From positions 22,952 to 86,951 of the forward strand of contig CAZLFA010000003.1 in NCBI GenBank assembly GCA_964558665.1: 64,000 bases of DNA. Direction: 5' to 3'. Of the stretch, positions 43,441-51,042 are shown piece after piece. Below the pieces are notes generated by a model, which searched no databases, had not been told where the DNA came from, and saw nothing but the letters and a program-made list of their open reading frames with translations. Within the stretch, counting starts at the first letter, position 1, and every line of letters starts with the position of its first letter. This stretch comes from an uncultured Syntrophaceae bacterium (lineage in GTDB: Bacteria; Desulfobacterota; Syntrophia; Syntrophales; PHBD01). The position numbers were made by a program, and so were the translations under genes.

Positions 43441-44907
43441 TCAGAAAAAAACGAAAGTTACGATCACAAAGATCGGTATAAGGATCGGTATCGAATACTT
43501 GAACATGTAACCGAAAAAGCTCGGCATATTCACCCCTGCCTCTTCGGCGATTGACTTCACCATAAAATTGGGAGCATTGCCGATGTAGGTATTGGCCCCC
43601 ATAAAGACAGAGCCGGCGGAAATGGCCGTCAGATAACTTATGAATGCAGGGCTGGCAGTTGCAGCGCCCGCAGCCAGAGCGGCAGGAATCTGCGATTCCG
43701 TCAACCCGACCTTTCCCAGCGCCATATTGAAAAATGTCAGGTAGGTTGGGGCGTTGTCGAGAAAAGAGGACAGCGAACCGGATGCCCAGAAGTAATAGGC
43801 AGGCGTCTGAACAGCATTGACAAGCCCGGCAAGGGCTCCGGCGCTTCCCGCCTTCAATATTGCCAGGGCCGGAATGATGGTAATAAAAATGCCGGCAAAA
43901 AGCTTGGCGACTTCCAGAATGGGCCCCCAGGAAAAATCGTTGGCTTCGCGAAGGCGCTTCGGCGTAATGCGCAGAGATGCCAGACCGAGAATAATAATGA
44001 CGGCGTCCCTGAGCATGTTCTGATAATGCATTTCCACTCCCAGAATACTGATATGTCCCGCCTTCCAGTAACCGCTCACAAGAATTATTCCCACGACTCC
44101 CGCCAGCAGCAGCAGATTGTAAAGCCCCTCAATTTTTATCGGCGTCGCATTCCCATCCTGTTTTTCACGAAATGCCTTTTCCTTGCGGAAATAGAAGGCA
44201 TCCGTAACAAAAAACATAAGGAGCAGCAGCGCCACCGTCAGAAGCATGTGAGGCAGTATGCCTGTTGTCACCCAGAAAAAGGGAACGTTATGAAGAAAGC
44301 CGAGAAACAACGGGGGATCTCCCAGCGGCGTCAAGGCCCCTCCGATGTTCGCCACCAGGAATATGAAGAAACATATAACGTGGGCTTTTCTCACCCTGTC
44401 CCTGTTTGCCCGCAGGACAGGCCTGATCATGACCATGGAGGCCCCGGTAGTGCCAACCCAGGAAGCGAGAAACGTCCCGATCAGAAGCAGGATCGAATTG
44501 ACCAGCGGGGTGCCGCGGAGGGCGCCGCTGACGACAATTCCGCCTGATATCGTAAAAAGCCCCCACAGCAGGATTATAAAAGGTATGTAGTCAATCAGGA
44601 GAATGTGGAGGATCTCATAAAAAGCAATATCCCGGTGGAAAGCGAGAAATGGAAGTGCGAAAAGCAGCGCCCAGAAGGCCGAGACCTTGCCGAAATGGTT
44701 GTGCCAGAAATGAGGTGTGAGCATGGGGCACAGTGCTATCGAAAGCAGTATTCCTGCAAAAGGCACAATTGTCCAGACCGGCAGTACGGCGCCGATACCG
44801 GCATGCTGTGAAGAAGCCGACCCTGCATAAGCAAAATTTTCTGAACCGACTAGAGCAATGAAAAGGTAAAAAGCGAATCTGAATATGACCGGGACTATGG
44901 TTTTCAT
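43441..44907 (-). CDS. ArsB/NhaD-superfamily ion transporter (annotated-type: sodium:proton antiporter / citrate-transporter-like permease)
   Basis: Polytopic membrane ORF. The start is placed at the ATG at 44907 (MKTIVPVIFRFAFYLFIALVGSENFAYA...). The ORF-track start at 45291 adds 128 non-membrane residues and runs into the divergent regulator gene. Motifs: WTIVPFAGILLSIALCP, GGALTPLGDPPLFLGF and GANTYIGNAPNFMV. Confidence 0.7.
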   Translation of the reverse strand: MKTIVPVIFRFAFYLFIALVGSENFAYAGSASSQHAGIGAVLPVWTIVPFAGILLSIALCPMLTPHFWHNHFGKVSAFWALLFALPFLAFHRDIAFYEILHILLIDYIPFIILLWGLFTISGGIVVSGALRGTPLVNSILLLIGTFLASWVGTTGASMVMIRPVLRANRDRVRKAHVICFFIFLVANIGGALTPLGDPPLFLGFLHNVPFFWVTTGILPHMLLTVALLLLMFFVTDAFYFRKEKAFREKQDGNATPIKIEGLYNLLLLAGVVGIILVSGYWKAGHISILGVEMHYQNMLRDAVIIILGLASLRITPKRLREANDFSWGPILEVAKLFAGIFITIIPALAILKAGSAGALAGLVNAVQTPAYYFWASGSLSSFLDNAPTYLTFFNMALGKVGLTESQIPAALAAGAATASPAFISYLTAISAGSVFMGANTYIGNAPNFMVKSIAEEAGVNMPSFFGYMFKYSIPILIPIFVIVTFVFF

Positions 44908-45292
44908 ACTAACGATCCACACGGATGAAAGGCGATACTTCTGTACGGGGAATTCCATCGTCTCAAAGATGCTATTTATATGCAGGATTGCCCGTCGTTT
45001 GTCAATGCAAATGCTGAATCCGATAAATATATTTTCCCGGACGGAAACCGTATAGGGTGTTTTTCCCACAAGAAATGATGCTTCCTGCTTATTTACAAAA
45101 TGCCGCCTTGAATTTATTCCGGCCATGCTCAAAGGAAAATGATGACAAGAAATATGGGTTATGGTAGTATTAAGTCCGTTTGGTTCTCTCCGGACACCCG
45201 GATGCCAACACAATGTCTTTACATCCTGGTTTTCCGGCCGGAAACTGGTTATCTTACCAACCAACCCTTCCCTACATTCGAGGTAAAGCAAA

Positions 45293-45889
45293 ATGAAAGA
45301 TCAAGATTTCGACACTTTCGAAGGATTAAAGATCGGCGAAAAGGTGCGCCTCCTCAGGGAGAAGAAGCACCTTACTCTTCAGGATCTGGCGGCAAAAACA
45401 GGCATGACCAAATCCGTCCTCTCCGAAATCGAGACGGATGAAATAGTTCCGCCCGTGGCCAATCTGCTGAAACTTTCAAGGGCTCTCGGCGTCGGCATGG
45501 CGCATTTCTTCCAGGAAGAAGGCGCCGGAGTAAAGATATCGGTTACCAGAAGCACGGAGAGACTGAAGATCAAGAGCCGTCCGCATCATCTCCATGAAGG
45601 AGAAATCAATTATGTCTATGAATCGCTCGAAACAAAAAAACCGGAAAAAAACATGGAGCCGCTGTTTGTCGAGTTCCTCTCCATGGATACTTCCGACATG
45701 GTTTTTACCAGCCATGACGGAGAAGAGTTCGTTTATGTTCTCGAGGGACGTCTTGAGTTTAGAACAAACGACCGCGTCGAGATGCTCTCACCTGGAGACA
45801 CCATCTATTTCGAATCGGACGTAAACCACAGTTTCCGTGGACTTGACGGCAAATCGGCAAAGGCTGTCGTCGTTGTATGGAGCAAATGA
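45293..45889 (+). CDS. XRE-family transcriptional regulator with C-terminal cupin domain
   Basis: 198-aa ORF. The HTH_3 domain is IGEKVRLLREKKHLTLQDLAAKTGMTKSVLSEIETDE..P....LLKLSRALG. The cupin-2-like C-terminus is HDGEEFVYVLEGRLEF...GDTIYFESDVNHSF. Confidence 0.85.
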   Translation: MKDQDFDTFEGLKIGEKVRLLREKKHLTLQDLAAKTGMTKSVLSEIETDEIVPPVANLLKLSRALGVGMAHFFQEEGAGVKISVTRSTERLKIKSRPHHLHEGEINYVYESLETKKPEKNMEPLFVEFLSMDTSDMVFTSHDGEEFVYVLEGRLEFRTNDRVEMLSPGDTIYFESDVNHSFRGLDGKSAKAVVVVWSK

Positions 45890-45904
45890 GCTGGGAGGGG
45901 TTTT

Positions 45905-46456
45905 ATGATTGAGATCCGTTTTCACGGTCGCGGCGGACAGGGTACGGTGGTTTTGACAACCCTGCTCGCTCATGCACTGTTCAAGGCAGGCTATGAGGTG
46001 CAGAGCTTCCCGTTTTTCGGCGTGGAGCGCCGCGGCGCCCCCGTTGAGGCTTATCTGCGCATGGATACGAAGAAGATTCTCGCAAGGACCAACGTTACAG
46101 CGCCCGATCACGTGATTGTTCAGGATCAGACACTGCTGCACAGCATCGATGTCACCAGAGGACTGAAGCAGGGAGGCTGGATACTCCTGAACTGTTCGGC
46201 CCCTCCCGCCGACAGAGAGCGCTTTGCCGGAGGCAGACTTGCCATTGTGGATGCCACCAGGATTGCACTGAACAACAGGCTGGGCAGCCGCACGCACCCT
46301 ATCGTCAACACGGCAATGATGGGGGCCTTTGCACGCACACTGGAAACACCGCCTCTGGAAGCGATTATCGAGGCCATCAGAGAAGAAGTTCCCTCCGAAC
46401 CGGAATGCAACATCAACGCAGCCAGAGAAGCGTACAGTGAGGTTCAGTTTTTATAA
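45905..46456 (+). CDS. 2-oxoacid:ferredoxin oxidoreductase, gamma subunit
   Basis: 183-aa ORF. MIEIRFHGRGGQGTVVLTTLLAHALFKAGYEVQSFPFFGVERRGAPV is the canonical OFOR gamma N-terminus. Confidence 0.88.
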   Translation: MIEIRFHGRGGQGTVVLTTLLAHALFKAGYEVQSFPFFGVERRGAPVEAYLRMDTKKILARTNVTAPDHVIVQDQTLLHSIDVTRGLKQGGWILLNCSAPPADRERFAGGRLAIVDATRIALNNRLGSRTHPIVNTAMMGAFARTLETPPLEAIIEAIREEVPSEPECNINAAREAYSEVQFL

Positions 46457-46483
46457 CGACACACCATCATATGAGGAAGAGAC

Positions 46484-48232
46484 ATGAACGCCGTAAACAG
46501 CAGCAAAGCTTTATACATGCCCAAATCCTTCCAGACGACGGAGAGCAACAAGACGGGCTCCTGGCGGTTCCTCAAACCCAGATACGAAGACAAGACATCT
46601 CCCTGCAGCGAAGCCTGCCCGGCCGGGGAGGACATCGCCATGATAGAGATGCTGGCTTCCCAGGGTATGTTCAAGGAAGCCTGGGAAACCATATTGCTTG
46701 AGAATCCCCTGCCCGGGGTATGCGGCCGCGTCTGCTTTCATCCCTGCGAGGAATCATGCAACAGAAAACCCTTTGATTCGCCGATTGCCATTCATTCTCT
46801 GGAGCGGTTTCTCGCCGATACGGCTGCACGCAATGATCTGAAACACGCACTGCAGAAGCTTCCTCAAAAACCTCAGAAGATCGCGGTCGTCGGTTCAGGC
46901 CCGGCCGGATTGTCCGCTGCCTGGTTCCTCTCTCTTCTCGGTTACGCCTGCGATGTCTATGAATCCGCCCCGGAAGCCGGGGGCATACTGCGCTGGGGAA
47001 TTCCCGAATACCGCCTGCCCTTGAATATTCTGAAATCGGAGATCACGAGGATTGAAAGCCTGGGAGTCAATATCATTACAAACCGACCCGTCTCTGAATC
47101 GGATATTGTGGAGTTGGGCAAAAGCTACAGCGCCGCTTTTCTGGGGTGCGGGTACGGAAAGGGTTCACCTCTCGGCATTCCGGGAGAAAGCAGCGGCGCC
47201 GTCATTGACGGGCTGAGCTTTTTGAAAAACATCCGCGCGGGCGGCAGACCGGCTTGCGGGGGGCTTTCCGCAGTAATCGGCGGCGGCAATACGGCCGTCG
47301 ATATCGCCAGAACGGTGATAAGACTGGGAGGACAGTCGGCAATACTGTATCGCCGGCGGCGCCAGGATATGCCTGCCTTTGAAGACGAGATTGCCATGGC
47401 GCTTGAGGAAGGGGCTGAGCTTTACGAGCTTTTGGCGCCGGCAAGCGTTTCTCCTGCTGACGGCAGATACCGTCTGACTTTGCAAAAAATGAAGATTGAA
47501 GGTCTTGATAAGGACGGCCGGGGAAGAATCGTACCCGATGCAGAGGAAAAGGTGATAATGGATGTGGAAAGGATTTTTGCCGCCACCGGCGCCGGAGTTG
47601 AAGAAACGTGGATCAACCCGCCCGCAGACCGGAAAGCGGCAATTGCTCTCAGTCATTGCACCATAGTGCGGGGAACGGCAGGGGAGGTTCTGGCATACGG
47701 CGGCGATCTGGTCAACCGGACGAAAAACGTCACCCATGCCATAGCATCCGGCAAGCAGGCGGCTATCGCTCTGGACGCCTATTTCAGCGGCGGCATGGAA
47801 AGCATCGATCCGCGCATTGAAGCCTGCAAAATAGGAGACGGCTCATCCCTGTCCATGGAAATCCATCTCGCCGGCGCACGCAGCCTGCGCAGTTCCCATG
47901 TTGTCCGGCATGAAGAAATCAACACCGACTACTTCCATTTCGAGCCAAGAGTCATCCAGCCGCGTCTCCTTGTGGAAGAGCGCCGCAGTTCCTTTGACGA
48001 AATCGACCTCCGGATCGCAGCCAACATTGCCATCAGAGAAGCCGGCCGCTGTTTCAACTGCGGACTCTGCAACCAGTGCGACAACTGTTATCTCTTTTGT
48101 CCTGATGTGGCCGTAATCAGGGGACGAAACATGGAAAACAGGCACATCAACTATGAATACTGTAAAGGTTGCGGCCTGTGCGCGGCGGAATGTCCCCGCA
48201 ATGCCGTAACCCTGGGAGAGGAGGATATATGA
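46484..48232 (+). CDS. fusion protein: GltD/NfnB-like NAD(P)H-FAD oxidoreductase + C-terminal 2x[4Fe-4S] OFOR delta-like ferredoxin domain
   Basis: 582-aa ORF. The N-terminus is TGSWRFLKPRYEDKTSPCSEACPAG...NPLPGVCGRVCFHPCEESCNR, a GltD-type Fe-S region. Dinucleotide motifs are KIAVVGSGPAGLSAAWFL and AVIGGGNTAVDIA. The C-terminus is CFNCGLCNQCDNCYLFCPDVAV...YEYCKGCGLCAAECPRNA, with two CxxCxxCxxxCP motifs as in OFOR delta subunits. Confidence 0.8.
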   Translation: MNAVNSSKALYMPKSFQTTESNKTGSWRFLKPRYEDKTSPCSEACPAGEDIAMIEMLASQGMFKEAWETILLENPLPGVCGRVCFHPCEESCNRKPFDSPIAIHSLERFLADTAARNDLKHALQKLPQKPQKIAVVGSGPAGLSAAWFLSLLGYACDVYESAPEAGGILRWGIPEYRLPLNILKSEITRIESLGVNIITNRPVSESDIVELGKSYSAAFLGCGYGKGSPLGIPGESSGAVIDGLSFLKNIRAGGRPACGGLSAVIGGGNTAVDIARTVIRLGGQSAILYRRRRQDMPAFEDEIAMALEEGAELYELLAPASVSPADGRYRLTLQKMKIEGLDKDGRGRIVPDAEEKVIMDVERIFAATGAGVEETWINPPADRKAAIALSHCTIVRGTAGEVLAYGGDLVNRTKNVTHAIASGKQAAIALDAYFSGGMESIDPRIEACKIGDGSSLSMEIHLAGARSLRSSHVVRHEEINTDYFHFEPRVIQPRLLVEERRSSFDEIDLRIAANIAIREAGRCFNCGLCNQCDNCYLFCPDVAVIRGRNMENRHINYEYCKGCGLCAAECPRNAVTLGEEDI

Positions 48233-49398
48233 AGCGGGTGCTGGAAGGAAGCCACGCAGTTGCAGAGGCCGTGCGCCTGGCGCGCGTTCAGGTCATCTCC
48301 GCCTACCCTATCACGCCGCAGACACATATCGTGGAGATACTGTCGGACTATTGCGCAAGCGGCAAGATGGACGCCAGATTTCTGCGTGTTGAAAGCGAAC
48401 ATTCATGTCTGGCGGCTCTCATTGGCGCACAAAGCACGGGCGTCAGGACATTTACCGCCACTTCATCGCAGGGACTGGCCCTGATGCATGAGCTGCTGCA
48501 CTGGGCGTCGGGCGCAAGACTGCCCATCGTGATGGCCGAAGTAAACCGGGCTCTGGCGCCCGGCTGGAACATCTGGACCGACCAGACAGACAGCCTTGCG
48601 CAGCGCGACACGGGATGGATACAGTTTTACTGTGAAGACGGCCAGGAGGTTCTCGATACAACGCTGATGGCTTTCCGTCTGGCGGAATCCGTAAATCTGC
48701 CGGTCATGGTTGTTCTGGACGCCTTCTTCCTGTCTCATACCTATGAACCCGTTGACGTGCCGGAGCAGAAAAAGGTTGACAGTTTTCTGCCGCCCTACGA
48801 TCCCGCATTCAGTCTTGATGTGAAAAATGCCTGCGCCCTGAGCCCTCTTGTCGCGCCTCCTTTCTATATGGAAATGCGTTATGACATCGCGTCGGCAATG
48901 GAAAATGCACTTGCGCAGTTCGAAGAAACGGAAAATGAATATGCTGCGCTTTTCAACAGGCGCTACGGAGTCATAGAAGAGATAAACTGCAGCGACGCGG
49001 AAATCGTCATCGTCACATCGGGCACGATAACCAGCACGGCCCGTCTGCTTCTCGAAGAGCTGAGGTCGCAAGGTGAAAAGGTTGGCGTTCTCAAAATAAA
49101 GATGTTCAGGCCCTTTCCCGTGGAGGAGGTTCGGAGGGCGCTGGCTCCGGCTAAAAAAGTGGCTGTGGTGGATCGCAACTTCTCCTTCGGCGCGGGAGGC
49201 ATATTCGCGCAGGAGTTGAAAGCAGCCCTGTACAACTCATCAACCCGCCCGGCCGTTTTCTGTTATATTGCCGGCCTCGGCGGCCGGGACGTCACGACGG
49301 CGGTCCTTAAAGATATCTACTACAGGACAAAAGAAAGCGATGTCCCCCCCCGGGAGAACATCTGGATCGGACTGCAGGAGGTAAAAAATGCAACTTGA
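48229..49398 (+). CDS. 2-oxoacid:ferredoxin oxidoreductase, alpha subunit
   Basis: The ATG at 48229 overlaps the upstream stop (ATGA). MKRVLEGSHAVAEAVRLARVQVISAYPITPQTHIVE...ESEHSCLAALIGAQSTGVRTFTATSSQGLALMHE is the canonical alpha-subunit pattern. Confidence 0.9.
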   Translation: MKRVLEGSHAVAEAVRLARVQVISAYPITPQTHIVEILSDYCASGKMDARFLRVESEHSCLAALIGAQSTGVRTFTATSSQGLALMHELLHWASGARLPIVMAEVNRALAPGWNIWTDQTDSLAQRDTGWIQFYCEDGQEVLDTTLMAFRLAESVNLPVMVVLDAFFLSHTYEPVDVPEQKKVDSFLPPYDPAFSLDVKNACALSPLVAPPFYMEMRYDIASAMENALAQFEETENEYAALFNRRYGVIEEINCSDAEIVIVTSGTITSTARLLLEELRSQGEKVGVLKIKMFRPFPVEEVRRALAPAKKVAVVDRNFSFGAGGIFAQELKAALYNSSTRPAVFCYIAGLGGRDVTTAVLKDIYYRTKESDVPPRENIWIGLQEVKNAT

Positions 49399-50269
49399 CG
49401 TTAATGATCGGGAATACATGTATTCAGGCCATGTAGGCTGCGCCGGCTGCGGCGCAACAATCGCCATGCGCTTCCTTATGAAAGCCCTTGGCGATAAAAC
49501 CATCATGGTACTCCCTGCCTGCTGCTGGTCCATCATTGCCGGTCCCTACCCGCAATCGGCGCTGAAGATCCCCATTATCCACAGCGCCTTTGAGACGGGA
49601 GGGGCAACTGCCAGCGGTGTACGCGCTGCGCTTGACATGAAGGGCGACCAGGAGACAATGGTTGTAACATGGGCGGGAGACGGAGGAACTTTTGACATCG
49701 GCTTCCAGGCCTTGAGCGGTGCAGTGGAGCGTAACGAGGATTTTCTCTACGCCTGCTATGACAACGAGGCGTATATGAACACAGGCATCCAGCGCAGTTC
49801 GTCAACGCCATACGGCGCGTGGACGACAACGACTCCCGGACAGGACTGGAAGAAGATGCGCAAGAAGAACATTGTCGAGGCGCTTGTCGCCCATCGCATT
49901 CCCTATGCTGCCACCGCAAACATCGCCTTTCCCGAGGACCTTGTGCGCAAGGCCAAAAAAGCCCGCTCCGTCAAAGGGTCCAAGTTTCTCCACATCTTCG
50001 CCAGTTGCCCCACAGGCTGGAGAATACCGTCGGACATGTCGGTCAAGATCGCCCGCATGGCCGTACAAACGAATATCTTCCCCTTATACGAGGTCGATAA
50101 CGGCATTCATTACACAATCAACTACAAGCCGAAGGGGTATCTGGTGCGTGAGTATTTCAAGCTTCAGGGAAGGTTCCGCCATCTGGGTGAAACGGATCTG
50201 GACCAGATACAAAAGATGGTGGACGAAGACTGGGAGTTGCTGATGCGCAAGGCGGGGGAACAAATCTGA
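49388..50269 (+). CDS. 2-oxoacid:ferredoxin oxidoreductase, beta (TPP-binding) subunit
   Basis: 293-aa ORF with RBS aggagg. SGHVGCAGCGA is present. The TPP/Mg motif is WAGDGGTFDIGFQALSGAVERNEDFLYACYDNEAYMNTG. Confidence 0.9.
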   Translation: MQLDVNDREYMYSGHVGCAGCGATIAMRFLMKALGDKTIMVLPACCWSIIAGPYPQSALKIPIIHSAFETGGATASGVRAALDMKGDQETMVVTWAGDGGTFDIGFQALSGAVERNEDFLYACYDNEAYMNTGIQRSSSTPYGAWTTTTPGQDWKKMRKKNIVEALVAHRIPYAATANIAFPEDLVRKAKKARSVKGSKFLHIFASCPTGWRIPSDMSVKIARMAVQTNIFPLYEVDNGIHYTINYKPKGYLVREYFKLQGRFRHLGETDLDQIQKMVDEDWELLMRKAGEQI

Positions 50270-50314
50270 TTCCGGTTCCGAATCAAAACGCTGGCGGCGT
50301 TGGCTTCGTCGTCG
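50270..50314 (+). repeat. family C repeat, left-arm-only copy, starting 1 nt after the OFOR beta stop codon
   Basis: ttccggttccgaatcaaaacgctggcggcgttggcttcgtcgtcg matches 53750-53794 at 39/45. A GC hairpin follows: ggcgggttataaaacccgcc (50321-50340). Confidence 0.75.
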
Positions 50315-50376
50315 AAGAAGGGCGGGTTATAAAACCCGCCCCTACGATATTATTAATCCGGCAATTAATCACACAA

Positions 50377-50487
50377 ATTGTCATGTCGGGCTTGACCAGA
50401 CAATCTTCACTACTACCGTCATTGTCGGACTTGATCCGACAATCCAGGAAATAGTTCTGGATTCCCGGTCGCGGCCGGGAATGACAA
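50377..50487. repeat. family B miniature palindromic repeat: one half-copy (50377-50404) plus one full copy (50418-50487)
   Basis: The full copy is gtcattgtcggacttgatccgacaatccaggaaatagttctggattcccggtcgcggccgggaatgacaa. It has the same GTCATT/AATCCAG/CTGGATT/AATGACAA framework as 16789-16854, with the two internal hairpins exchanged. Confidence 0.8.
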
Positions 50488-50506
50488 GATAACGTAAAAA
50501 TCATCT

Positions 50507-50542
50507 ATCCGCTGCCACCGCCTTTATGCAATGGCAGCGGAT
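50507..50542 (-). terminator. probable intrinsic terminator of the chromo-barrel protein gene
   Basis: An 11-bp perfect stem atccgctgcca / tggcagcggat with a 14-nt loop lies 14 nt downstream of the stop at 50557 on the minus strand. It is followed on the minus strand by agatgattttta, so the T-run is short and offset. Confidence 0.45.
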
Positions 50543-50556
50543 ATCTAAACAAGGGA

Positions 50557-50970
50557 TTACTTCGCTCTGATTCTGTTCGGGCCGACCCATTCATCCCACG
50601 AGTTGCTGTATCCGTCATAGTGGATGAAATACTTGTTGCCGCTCATTTTTACGACGTGTGCATCATACCATTTGCCTTTCCATTTTACCTGAACGGCATC
50701 TCCTGTATTGATGCCCGACACCGCCGCTGCCGGCTGTCCGGCAATCCTGATCCGGTCGGGTCCGACCCATTCATCCCAGGAATTATTATATCCGTCGTAA
50801 TGGATGAAGCATTGATCACCTTTGGCTTGTTTTACGGTTGCCGGATACCATTTGCCTTGCCAGAGAACCTGCGCCTTGTCTCCAGGCTGGCAGCCTGCAG
50901 CAGCCATTGAAACAAAAGCAAAGGAAAACAAAATACCGAAGATGAGAAGAGTTATCGCTTTCTTTTTCAT
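50557..50970 (-). CDS. secreted protein with two tandem chromo-barrel/Tudor-knot-like (SH3-fold) repeats
   Basis: 137-aa ORF with RBS aggagg. The signal peptide is MKKKAITLLIFGILFSFAFVSMAAA. Two repeats of about 50 aa follow: GDKAQVLWQGKWYPATVKQAKGDQCFIHYDGYNNSWDEWVGPDRIRI and GDAVQVKWKGKWYDAHVVKMSGNKYFIHYDGYSNSWDEWVGPNRIRA. Confidence 0.8.
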   Translation of the reverse strand: MKKKAITLLIFGILFSFAFVSMAAAGCQPGDKAQVLWQGKWYPATVKQAKGDQCFIHYDGYNNSWDEWVGPDRIRIAGQPAAAVSGINTGDAVQVKWKGKWYDAHVVKMSGNKYFIHYDGYSNSWDEWVGPNRIRAK

Positions 50971-51042
50971 ACAAACCTCCTTTTTGATGATAAAAAAAAC
51001 AGGCGGGGCATAATATTTGCCCCGCCGGCTTCAATTCACCTC

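Noticed and set aside
44908-45291. 128-residue N-terminal extension of the permease ORF (ORF-track start 45291).
   Set aside because: The extension is non-hydrophobic and unlike the rest of the protein. It would consume the whole divergent promoter region up to the regulator gene. The internal start at 44907 gives a signal-like hydrophobic N-terminus.
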